DNA from: Bacillota bacterium | Lineage (GTDB): Bacteria; Bacillota; Clostridia; Saccharofermentanales; DTU023 | Assembly (NCBI GenBank): GCA_029570375.1 | Contig: JAKPXB010000038.1 | Span: 5,899-69,898, forward strand | Direction: 5' to 3' | Length of the DNA stretch: 64,000 bases | Shown: one piece after another, positions 20,435-29,001 of the stretch | Layout: every line of letters starts with the position of its first letter | Position numbering within the stretch: position 1 is the stretch's first letter | The notes under the pieces: generated by a model | What the model saw: only the letters and a program-made list of their open reading frames with translations | Database searches by the model: none | What the model was told of the DNA's origin: nothing | Translations under genes and position numbers: made by a program

Positions 20435-21799
20435 TTATAGCCCTGCTCTCTGAAGTATGCTGTCAACTTTTCTGCGGGCGGCTCGTGCTGTTTTCTCCTC
20501 ATCGATTCCGAGGAGAAAACCCTTCTCGGCGACAAGATTTCCATTGACGTATACAAAGTGAGCCGGCTTTGATACACCGACTGTTCCCAGAAGATTCGCT
20601 GCGTCCTTCTCAGAGCAAACAAACTCCAGGGAGGAAGCCTCAACAGCAAAAAAGTCAGCGGCTTTTCCTTCCTCGAGTGATCCGATATCATCGCGTCCAA
20701 GGATTCCGGCACTCCCTCTCGTGGCGATTTTTAACATGTCATATCCTGTAGGGGCTTTATCTGACCAGGTGAGTCGATGTAATAAATAGGCTGCCCGGAT
20801 TTCAGCCATCAGGTTAGAACAATCATTACTGGCGCTTCCGTCGACTCCCAGTCCAAGAGGGACGCCGAGTTCGAGCATTTCGGGGACTCTGCAGACACCT
20901 GAGGAAAGTTTCATATTCGAGACAGGGCAATGAGCGACACCGGTGCCTGTCTTCGCCAGACGCTCTAATTCTTCATCGTCAAAATGGATACCGTGAGCAT
21001 ACCAGACATCATTACCCGTCCACTCGCAGCTCTCCATATAATCGAGAGGTCTTTGTCCGAACAAATCGAGACAGAACTGTTCCTCATCGTGAGTCTCGCA
21101 GAGATGCGTATGCAATCTGACCCCGAGTTTTCGCGCGAGACGAGCGGATTCTTTAAGCAGATCGGTAGTGACGCTGAATGGTGAACAGGGAGCCAGGGCG
21201 ATCTGTCTCATCGAAAAAGGAGAAGGATCGTGGAATTTATTGACGAGTCGTTCGCTATCTTCCAGAATAGTTGTTATATCTTGAACGAGATCATCAGGAG
21301 GCAGTCCTCCCTCACTCTTGCCGCGAGACATACTGCCTCGTGTGGCGTGTAAGCGTATGCCCAGCGCTTCAGCCGCGTCAAACTGCCTGTCAATGAAATT
21401 ACCAGAGTGTTCTTTTGGGAAAACATAGTGATGATCCATCACTGTTGTACAGCCATATCTCAGGAGCTCTCCCATCGCTGTCAAAGAACTATAATAAATA
21501 GATTCTTCATCTAAATAGCGCCATATTTCATACAACGCCTTCAACCAGGGGAACAATTCGAGATTCTGAACTTGAGGAAGGTTTCTTGTAAATGTTTGAT
21601 AAAAATGATGATGTGTGTTGATGAGGCCAGGATATAAAATAAGGCGGCTTGCATCGATTGTGCGATCAGCGCTCACGTCCTCATAACCAATATAATCAAT
21701 GATGTTCCCGTGAATACAAAGGTTTGCATTTGCCAATACACGATTCGAGTCGTCTACTGTCACGATAGCCTTTGCGTTCTTAAATAGCGTTTTACTCAT
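20435..21799 (-). CDS. amidohydrolase, 8-oxoguanine deaminase-like (COG0402 / SsnA-TRZ-ATZ group)
   Basis: PGLINTHHHFYQTFTR, TRGSMS..GGLPP, IALAPCSPFSVT, RLHTHLCETHDEEQFC, HCPVSNMKLSSG and GLGVDGSASND. ATG at 21799 follows GGAG; 21811 is an alternative start. Confidence 0.85.
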   Translation of the reverse strand: MSKTLFKNAKAIVTVDDSNRVLANANLCIHGNIIDYIGYEDVSADRTIDASRLILYPGLINTHHHFYQTFTRNLPQVQNLELFPWLKALYEIWRYLDEESIYYSSLTAMGELLRYGCTTVMDHHYVFPKEHSGNFIDRQFDAAEALGIRLHATRGSMSRGKSEGGLPPDDLVQDITTILEDSERLVNKFHDPSPFSMRQIALAPCSPFSVTTDLLKESARLARKLGVRLHTHLCETHDEEQFCLDLFGQRPLDYMESCEWTGNDVWYAHGIHFDDEELERLAKTGTGVAHCPVSNMKLSSGVCRVPEMLELGVPLGLGVDGSASNDCSNLMAEIRAAYLLHRLTWSDKAPTGYDMLKIATRGSAGILGRDDIGSLEEGKAADFFAVEASSLEFVCSEKDAANLLGTVGVSKPAHFVYVNGNLVAEKGFLLGIDEEKTARAARRKVDSILQRAGL

Positions 21800-21851
21800 T
21801 GCCAACTCCATAATGTGATATTGATGATGCCAATAAACCGTTTTCTTATGA

Positions 21852-21882
21852 CTGCACTTGCCGTTTTAAACGGCAAGTGCAG
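21852..21882 (-). other. intercistronic stem-loop between the two amidohydrolase genes
   Basis: Perfect inverted repeat CTGCACTTGCCGTTT A AAACGGCAAGTGCAG (15-nt arms, so a 13-14 bp stem once a minimal loop opens). No U-tract on either strand. Confidence 0.7.
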
Positions 21883-21899
21883 CTGTCTACTTAAATCAC

Positions 21900-23147
21900 T
21901 TATAAGCCTTCTCTGTGACGTATGACTTGCGGCGGGAAAAATAAATGTTCCGTAATTCCCGTTACGCAGGCGTCAACACCGTCCACTTTGCAATAACGCG
22001 CTGTGGGTCGAGAATCCTTACCCCGGAAAGCGACAATAGCTCCATCTACAATAACCATCGAATTGCCAAATGGATCGCCGTGCTCAATCGAGTCGAGCAC
22101 ATCGTTTCCACATCCTCCCGGCGGTTTATCCAAAACCTGTAAATCTGCTTCACGTCCAACCTCTATTTTCCCGGTGTTTAACCCATATATATCAGCAGGA
22201 TTCCCGGTTGCCATAGCGATACAGTCAACGGCGGATAACTCGTTCAGTGAAGAAGCTTTGACAATCGCTCTATTAATAGCGCCGGACAGAGAAGCTTGTC
22301 CGGTCGGCGCATCGCTGCCGAACAAGACCCGCTTCAGTTGAGATTTTTTATCCAATGACTGAAGGATTTTGTTGAAATTAACAAAGTTGCCATTAACAAC
22401 AAGTTCCAACGGAGTTTCGCACTCATCGATTAAGCGTTGAATATGATAGTACTCGACAGCAGTGGATCCACCATTCGTGTGTGCAACTTTATGAGGCTTG
22501 AGTTTGAGAATTGCTTCAGAGGTAACCCATGAAGAACCGGGAATCGAAGGCGGCGCCAAGTGAATAGAGTAGAAAAAATGATATTTCTTTGCCCACTCGA
22601 GCATAGGGGCGACTTCTTCGGGATCGGAAAGCCCCCCTCCACCTATTTCTGCGATAATCCAAACGCCAGCTTCGGCCATTTCTTTGAAATCCTGTTCCGT
22701 TAATCCGTGCACAAGGACAAGGGCGCCGCCGTGCATTTTCAGAGCTCCTCCAGGTCGAAAGCGATCGAAAACTCTCTTCGCCATAATAGCAGAAGCCTTG
22801 CAACCAATAGGATCATCATAGAAACGAGGCCATCCGGGACCCTGCTCCCCCTCAGAGATCATACTTGTTGTGCCTCCGTATAATGCGTCGGAATAACAAC
22901 CTACTGCATTTCTTTGAGGTGCGTAATCATCAAGTGTGTTATGCACATGGGCATCGATAAAGCCAGGCGCAACACATTGACCATCGGCATCAACGACTGT
23001 TTCGATGTCAGTCTTATCAACTTCGTTGTAATAGCCGATTTCGTGGATTAGTCCATTGCGGACTACAATCGTATCACCGGGTAAGATGCCTTTGCCAAGA
23101 TCGCCACTTATGATCTTGTCAATGTTTTTTACTAATAGATCGTTCAT
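21900..23147 (-). CDS. amidohydrolase, enamidase-like
   Basis: PGFIDAHVH metal site. LKMHGGALVLVHGLTEQDFKEMAEAGVWIIAEIG, IPGSSWVTSEAILKLKPHKVAHTNGG and FGSDAPTG resemble, from memory, the Eubacterium barkeri enamidase family. ATG at 23147 follows AAGGAGGAAT. Confidence 0.75.
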   Translation of the reverse strand: MNDLLVKNIDKIISGDLGKGILPGDTIVVRNGLIHEIGYYNEVDKTDIETVVDADGQCVAPGFIDAHVHNTLDDYAPQRNAVGCYSDALYGGTTSMISEGEQGPGWPRFYDDPIGCKASAIMAKRVFDRFRPGGALKMHGGALVLVHGLTEQDFKEMAEAGVWIIAEIGGGGLSDPEEVAPMLEWAKKYHFFYSIHLAPPSIPGSSWVTSEAILKLKPHKVAHTNGGSTAVEYYHIQRLIDECETPLELVVNGNFVNFNKILQSLDKKSQLKRVLFGSDAPTGQASLSGAINRAIVKASSLNELSAVDCIAMATGNPADIYGLNTGKIEVGREADLQVLDKPPGGCGNDVLDSIEHGDPFGNSMVIVDGAIVAFRGKDSRPTARYCKVDGVDACVTGITEHLFFPPQVIRHREGL

Positions 23148-23217
23148 ATTATTCCTCCTTCTTTTCATTAATGAACAATCGATTATGCAATGATGCATAG
23201 TTAATGTAAGTGTTACC

Positions 23218-24174
23218 TTAGGTGTCAGTCATGGCTTCTCTGTTATAATTTGTGCCTAATGCGGCTGGTGATTTTGAATTTTTGGAAGTCATAATCATAA
23301 CGAGAACGGTTAGCAGGTAAGGAAGCATTAATAGCAGATGGTAAGGAACATTTAATCCTACTGATTGCAGTCTAAGCTGAAAAGCATCCATCGTTCCAAA
23401 AAGAAGCGAACTGAAAAAAACCGGTAATGGTTTCCACCTGCCGAAAATAACGATAGCTAAAGCGATGAACCCCCGGCTCGCTGTAATATTGTCAACAAAT
23501 CGGTTTAAGGACAATACTGACAGAAAAGTCCCTCCCAGACCGGCCAGTACTCCGCAAATCATCATAGAAAGATATCTTGTTCTACAGATATTCACGCCCA
23601 TCGTTTCCGCCGCCAGCGGGTATTCGCCTGCTGATCTGATTTTAAGGCCGAAGAAAGTTCTGTTGAAAACGAAGCGGGAGACTATGACCAAAGCGATGGC
23701 TATGTAAAAAAGGAAGTGCTGACTAAAAAGAATTTCACCGAGGACAGGTATATTGGACAAAAGGGGAACAGGTGTTGAAACACCTCCGGAGACATTCGCC
23801 ATCGGAGGGGCAATGGTCACTCCGAAAACAACCCTGTACCAAAAACTGGTGAATCCCAGGGCAAACATATTTAGAACGATTCCAATCACAACATGTTGAG
23901 TTTTCCACTGGATGCAGGCGGTTGCCATTAGAAGAGCCTGAAGCATTCCAGCCAATGCGCCAGCTAGGAGGGCGAGAACGACACTCCCCGAATAATGGCC
24001 AACTATAAAAGATGCAAACGCACCCATGAGCATCTGTCCTTCGAGATTAATATTCAGGATACCGGATCTTTCTGCATATATTTCGCCGAGCGCGGGCAGC
24101 ATAATCGGAATAGACATCCTGACCCCGGCCGCGAACAAAGAGACTAAGAAATCACGTGTTAACAAAACAGACAT
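23218..24174 (-). CDS. ABC transporter permease (BMP/nucleoside-type system, second permease)
   Basis: 318 aa multi-TM protein in an operon with the BMP-family binding protein. Confidence 0.88.
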   Translation of the reverse strand: MSVLLTRDFLVSLFAAGVRMSIPIMLPALGEIYAERSGILNINLEGQMLMGAFASFIVGHYSGSVVLALLAGALAGMLQALLMATACIQWKTQHVVIGIVLNMFALGFTSFWYRVVFGVTIAPPMANVSGGVSTPVPLLSNIPVLGEILFSQHFLFYIAIALVIVSRFVFNRTFFGLKIRSAGEYPLAAETMGVNICRTRYLSMMICGVLAGLGGTFLSVLSLNRFVDNITASRGFIALAIVIFGRWKPLPVFFSSLLFGTMDAFQLRLQSVGLNVPYHLLLMLPYLLTVLVMIMTSKNSKSPAALGTNYNREAMTDT

Positions 24175-24177
24175 TAA

Positions 24178-25272
24178 TTATGATTCCTCCCTTTCGTCTG
24201 GTGGCAGTCTTTTTCGCTGGGCATGTTGAAAATTTGCACGGATTTTTGGCATGACGAGAATGGAAAAAACCACGACACTCTGGATAACGGTTACGATGCT
24301 CGTTGGTACATTCACCGCTATTTGCATAGAGTTGACCCCAACGGTCAGAGTACTGATGAGTAAACTGCCGACAATTATACCCAGAGGCCGATATCTCGCC
24401 AAAATGGCGATCATAACCGCTGTAAAACCAAAGCTTGAGCTTATTCCTTCTAACACTCGATAGTAGGTGCCGAAAACTTCAATCATCCCCGCGAATCCCG
24501 CAAAGCCGCCCGCGATAAACATAGATGTGACAGACAGTTTTTTAACAGCGATTCCGCCGTATTGTGCGGCTTTTGCAGATTTCCCAATCGTGAGAAGCTG
24601 GAACCCAAAAACAGTACGGTTCATGACAAACCAAACGAATAAAGCCAGTAATGCGACAAAAACAATCCCCCAATGGGCTCTTGAACCTGCGATAAGTTTA
24701 GGTAACTGTACGATCTGGGGGATTGCTCTGGTCTGGGGAATTCCTCCAGGTGCCTGAAGCGGATTCGAAACGAGAAAACCGATCAGGAAGAGGGCGATAT
24801 AGTTCATCATGATAGCGATAATCACTTCACTGGTATCAATTGTTGCCCTTAAAAATCCGGCGAATCCTCCCCATATTCCGCCCGCAAGTATCGATACGCA
24901 GATCGCGGCGATCCAAACAATCCATACGGGTGCTTCCAGGTAAATACCAATAATAGCCGCGGAAATGGCCCCCATATAAAACTGTCCATCACCGCCCAAA
25001 TTTGTCATGCCTGTTGCAGCCGCGATACTTACCCCGAGGCCAATTATTATAATCGGCGTTGATTTCGCGAGTATTTCCAAAACTGAGCTGGTATTTCTGA
25101 AAGCTCCTCGGATAATGAATTCAAAGACTGAAATAGGGTTTTCACCTAGTGATAATATAAATATGATGCTTACAATAATGGCCATTGCGATGGCAAGGCA
25201 GGTATTTGCAACGGAATCCAGAAAACTTGGTCTGTTTTCTCTTTTCTTAAACAAAAACTGTTTCATCGGCAA
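24178..25272 (-). CDS. ABC transporter permease (BMP/nucleoside-type system, first permease)
   Basis: 364 aa multi-TM protein. It overlaps the ATPase gene end by 10 nt. Confidence 0.88.
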   Translation of the reverse strand: MPMKQFLFKKRENRPSFLDSVANTCLAIAMAIIVSIIFILSLGENPISVFEFIIRGAFRNTSSVLEILAKSTPIIIIGLGVSIAAATGMTNLGGDGQFYMGAISAAIIGIYLEAPVWIVWIAAICVSILAGGIWGGFAGFLRATIDTSEVIIAIMMNYIALFLIGFLVSNPLQAPGGIPQTRAIPQIVQLPKLIAGSRAHWGIVFVALLALFVWFVMNRTVFGFQLLTIGKSAKAAQYGGIAVKKLSVTSMFIAGGFAGFAGMIEVFGTYYRVLEGISSSFGFTAVMIAILARYRPLGIIVGSLLISTLTVGVNSMQIAVNVPTSIVTVIQSVVVFSILVMPKIRANFQHAQRKRLPPDEREES

Positions 25273-26810
25273 GCTTCCTCATCCGAGCCCCCCATTAACA
25301 GACCGATCTGACTTAAACTCAGTTCATCAGGTCTGAAAGGGCGTGATAATTTTCCGTTAGATATAACGGCCATCTGATCCGAAAGTGATATTATTTCATC
25401 AAGTTCTGTCGAGATGAGAAGGATTCCCGCTCCGGAAGACAGCAGTTCAAGCAAGCGGGTATGAATAAATTCAATTGCCCCGACATCTAACCCCCTAGTC
25501 GGATGCATGGCGACTAATACAACCGGATCTGATGATATTTCTCTGGCCAGAATTACTTTTTGGATATTCCCCCCTGAAAGCTGTCCTACTAACATGTCGC
25601 GATGGGGGATACGTATGTCATAGTCTTTAATGAGTCGATCACCAAGCATATGCAGCTTTTTTTTGTCAATCTGTCCGAAATGTTTTCTGAACGTCTTTGA
25701 ATCTGAATTTCTGAAAAAAATATTCTGATCTAGAGAATAACTGGCAATAGTTCCCATACTTCGTCTGTCTTCCGGGACAAACGCAAGCCCCATCTGTTTT
25801 ATTGAGCGGGAGCTCCTGTTAGTAATCTCGTTTCCATTTAGAAATATCTTTCCCTTTGTTACATGCCTGAGGCCTGCCAACGCTTCAACTAACTCTGATT
25901 GGCCATTTCCATCAACACCGGCAATCCCAAACAGTTCTCCTCTGTGGATAGTCAGACTCAGGTCTTTTATCGTTTGAGTATTCCGCTTACCATGAACCTC
26001 TATATTTTTTATCTCCAAAACCCGGTCTTTCATTTTGTTATCAAATAACCGGGGGCCTTTCTTTACCGAAAAAACAACGTCGCGGCCAACCATTCGACAA
26101 GCAAGATCTTCTTTGTTCGTTCGATTAGTTGTGACACTATCGACAACTTTTCCTTTGCGAAGAATAACAACGCGGTCACTAATATCCAAAACTTCATCCA
26201 GTTTGTGGGATATGAAGATAATGGATAGACCAGCCGCCTTAAGCTCCTTTAGCGAACTAAATAATTTTATTTTTTCTTGTTCATTTAATACACCTGTGGG
26301 TTCGTCGAGTACGAGGATCCGACATTCCCCAAATAGTGCTTTCAGAATCTCTACCTGCTGCTGTAATCCAACTGGCAAATCCTGAACAATCGTGTCCAGG
26401 ACAATTGATAAATTATATTGAATGGAATGTTTTTTTATCTGCTCCCGAATGACCTGATGATTCACTAAACCGTTTCGTTTCCCTGAGATACTGAGTGCAA
26501 TATTTTCATAAGCATCAAACGCAGGAATAAGCATAAAATGTTGATGTACCATCCCGATCCCTAGAGCAATGGCATCAAGTGGAGAGTTGATCGATACAAC
26601 CTTTCCATCAATGCTTATTTCTCCGTGGTCTGCCTGGTATAAACCAAAAAGAATATTCATTAATGTGCTCTTGCCGGCACCGTTTTCTCCAAGTAAAGCA
26701 ACAATTTCTCCTTCATTCACTTTAAGATCTATTTGATCATTGGCGGGTTTTCCATCAAAAAATTTTGAGATACCCTTCATCTCAAGGATGGTATTTGCGG
26801 GATTAAGCAC
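25263..26810 (-). CDS. ABC transporter ATP-binding protein with duplicated NBD (sugar/nucleoside type)
   Basis: First NBD has GENGAGKSTL. The second NBD is degenerate, with LSGGNIQKV. GTG at 26810 is preferred because the track ATG at 26855 lies inside a 12-bp hairpin. Confidence 0.85.
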   Translation of the reverse strand: MLNPANTILEMKGISKFFDGKPANDQIDLKVNEGEIVALLGENGAGKSTLMNILFGLYQADHGEISIDGKVVSINSPLDAIALGIGMVHQHFMLIPAFDAYENIALSISGKRNGLVNHQVIREQIKKHSIQYNLSIVLDTIVQDLPVGLQQQVEILKALFGECRILVLDEPTGVLNEQEKIKLFSSLKELKAAGLSIIFISHKLDEVLDISDRVVILRKGKVVDSVTTNRTNKEDLACRMVGRDVVFSVKKGPRLFDNKMKDRVLEIKNIEVHGKRNTQTIKDLSLTIHRGELFGIAGVDGNGQSELVEALAGLRHVTKGKIFLNGNEITNRSSRSIKQMGLAFVPEDRRSMGTIASYSLDQNIFFRNSDSKTFRKHFGQIDKKKLHMLGDRLIKDYDIRIPHRDMLVGQLSGGNIQKVILAREISSDPVVLVAMHPTRGLDVGAIEFIHTRLLELLSSGAGILLISTELDEIISLSDQMAVISNGKLSRPFRPDELSLSQIGLLMGGSDEEACR

Positions 26811-26829
26811 GATGATCGCCTTTCTCTTT

Positions 26830-26860
26830 CCACCGTGCCTCTGTAAAGGAGGCACGGTGG
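26830..26860 (-). other. intercistronic stem-loop between the binding-protein and ATPase genes
   Basis: Perfect 12-bp stem CCACCGTGCCTC / GAGGCACGGTGG with a 7-nt loop and no U-tract. Confidence 0.7.
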
Positions 26861-26887
26861 GACTGGTTGTGAAAAAACGGGATTGAA

Positions 26888-27946
26888 CTAATTATCCATC
26901 TTATGGTCGATGCGTTCGAGAATGTAGGGAACTACTAATGTTCCCGCCTTGATCTCTTCAGTTGCTTTAGCCACCATATTCTTTATTTCCTGTGGGATTT
27001 TGCTGTCGAAATTGTGCCATGGGGTAATAAAACACGTACCATCTTGCACCCCCGGTTCCCATAAGCCGCCAAACGATCCGTCAAGAATCCGCTTTGCCTG
27101 TTTGACTATAACGCTCTTATTGTCAGTTACAATACATGTCATGATGAGTTCAGGAGCGATTTCAAACTGGTCAGCACCGTACCCGACAATCTTTATATTT
27201 TTCTCAATACAGGCTTGTATGGCGCCCATTCCCGTGCTGTCAGCTGTTTGACAAATAATATCCGCCCCCAAGTCAATTTGTGCTTTGGCGGCTTCTTGTC
27301 CCTTGTTAGGATCTTCAAAAGTGCCTGTCACGACTCCGTAAATTTTAGCGTCTGGATTGGAAAACTCAACGCCTTTGACAAAAGCAGCCATATTAGAAAG
27401 CTGTGAGGGTATTTCCAGTCCCGCTACGTAACCAATAATGTTAGTTTCAGTCATTCCACCTGCTACGATGCCTGCTAAATAAGCCGCTTCATACTCTTTC
27501 ATGTCCATGAAACCTACATTTTTTGGCATATTATCAACAGTAACGCCATCAGGCATCTTTCCCGAAACGAAAAAATTCACTTCCGGAAAATCGGGTGCCA
27601 CCCTAATAGCAGGCTCACCAAACTCAAACCCATGCCCTATTACGAGATCGAACCCTGAGTTTGCGTAGTTGCGAAAAGCTTCTTCAATTGCTGAGATTTG
27701 AACGCTTTCCGTGAAGGCAACTTTGTATCCTTCCTTCTCCAGTTCCTGAAGTCCTGCATAAGCATTAGCGTTCCATCCCCCGTCGTTAAGTGAGCCGGGG
27801 AGAATCAAGGCAACTTTTAATTCTTTCTTCTGTTTTCCATCCATTGAAGAAGGAGTTGATTGTTCTGGCGTTTTTCCCCCTTTATCACATGCGAAACAGC
27901 TGATAAGCAAGAGCATGCAAAGGATTAATGCAAAAAATCGTTTCAT
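26888..27946 (-). CDS. BMP-family (PnrA/Med/TmpC-like) ABC substrate-binding lipoprotein
   Basis: Lipoprotein signal MKRFFALILCMLLLISCFAC, then the BMP fold (KVALILPGSLNDGGWNANAYAGL). The start is taken at the internal Met of the track ORF. Confidence 0.88.
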   Translation of the reverse strand: MKRFFALILCMLLLISCFACDKGGKTPEQSTPSSMDGKQKKELKVALILPGSLNDGGWNANAYAGLQELEKEGYKVAFTESVQISAIEEAFRNYANSGFDLVIGHGFEFGEPAIRVAPDFPEVNFFVSGKMPDGVTVDNMPKNVGFMDMKEYEAAYLAGIVAGGMTETNIIGYVAGLEIPSQLSNMAAFVKGVEFSNPDAKIYGVVTGTFEDPNKGQEAAKAQIDLGADIICQTADSTGMGAIQACIEKNIKIVGYGADQFEIAPELIMTCIVTDNKSVIVKQAKRILDGSFGGLWEPGVQDGTCFITPWHNFDSKIPQEIKNMVAKATEEIKAGTLVVPYILERIDHKMDN

Positions 27947-28034
27947 TATCTTCTCTCCTTTTTGGTGCGACTCGTGGTTGCCGCGGTTTGAATCATTCGA
28001 TTGTCGAACCGTATACCGTCGACTGTATATTGTT

Positions 28035-28063
28035 AAAGTATCATTGAATTTAAATAAAGTCAA
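28035..28063 (-). promoter_or_regulatory. candidate promoter of the island transport/hydrolase operon
   Basis: On the minus strand: TTGACT, 17-nt spacer, TACTTT. Confidence 0.3.
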
Positions 28064-28074
28064 TGATAATCTTC

Positions 28075-28101
28075 TTGCATTTGGTGTTAATAATGTATAA
28101 T
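28075..28101 (+). promoter_or_regulatory. candidate promoter of the GntR-family gene
   Basis: TTGCAT, 15-nt spacer, perfect TATAAT. It is followed immediately by the palindrome TTGTACAA (28102-28109). Confidence 0.35.
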
Positions 28102-28240
28102 TTGTACAATAACGCTAAGTATGATTGAGTTTAAATTTATAGAAATATGTTTAATCTCCTTAGCATTAAACTAGAATCTATCTTCGCAAATATGGTATAT
28201 CTTTTATTGCAGAAGTAGGATATAGAGACAGGAGATAAGA

Positions 28241-28993
28241 ATGAGTTTTCAGTTCGAAAAAGTCGGAAGAAGTATTACCCTTATCGAGAAGGCGTATAGT
28301 GCGCTTTTAAAAGTAATTGGAGAAACATCACCCAATCACAACAAGCTTCCTTCTGAAGAAGATATTGCCTGTATGCTAGGCGTTAGCAGAACAACCATAC
28401 GCGAAGCATTAAACCAATTAGTTTCTGAAGGTTTGATTTCCAAAGTTCCTGGCAAAGGTTACTATGCCCATCGATCTGTGCATGACCTCAAAAATAGAAT
28501 TGATCTATATCCTGATTTTTATAAATTATTGACTTGTTATTACAGAGAAGCCGTTTTGACAATAGCCAACATTGAGAAAAGAAGTGCATCTCCAAAAACA
28601 GAGATTGAGTTTAAGAAGAATGACATTAAAATTCGGGAAGTTTACGCCATGCGTTGGATTTATTCGGCAAATGGAACGAGAATGTTTGTCGGAGATCTTG
28701 AATTCCCTGTTGAGTATATCGTTAAGCCTTTCCGAGATTTAAATCATATAAAGGGGTTGTCTGATTTTTCAGATCAGTATATGCGTTTTCCTATTACGCA
28801 CTGCACAATGACTCTGGATATATGCACGTGTGTTGAGTCATCACAGGCTCTTGGACTCGGCGATCAGATCAAACCCGCTTTGTGTTGGTTTGAATCGATA
28901 TACAACTTAAATGATGAGATTATTGGTTGTGGCAGATATTTTATAAACCCCGACTCAATGAAATTATCCATCAATGCAGCTATCTTGAAATAA
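28241..28993 (+). CDS. GntR-family transcriptional regulator (HutC/UTRA-like)
   Basis: N-terminal winged HTH (SEEDIACMLGVSRTTIREALNQLVSEGLISKVPGKG) plus a roughly 170-aa effector domain. Divergent from the transport operon. Confidence 0.88.
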   Translation: MSFQFEKVGRSITLIEKAYSALLKVIGETSPNHNKLPSEEDIACMLGVSRTTIREALNQLVSEGLISKVPGKGYYAHRSVHDLKNRIDLYPDFYKLLTCYYREAVLTIANIEKRSASPKTEIEFKKNDIKIREVYAMRWIYSANGTRMFVGDLEFPVEYIVKPFRDLNHIKGLSDFSDQYMRFPITHCTMTLDICTCVESSQALGLGDQIKPALCWFESIYNLNDEIIGCGRYFINPDSMKLSINAAILK

Positions 28994-29001
28994 AGTCACA
29001 G

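Noticed and set aside
20434-20712. N-terminal 93 codons of track ORF 19675-20712
   Set aside because: This part overlaps the 3' end of the deaminase-like gene in another frame. The creatininase-fold homology begins at the Met at 20433.
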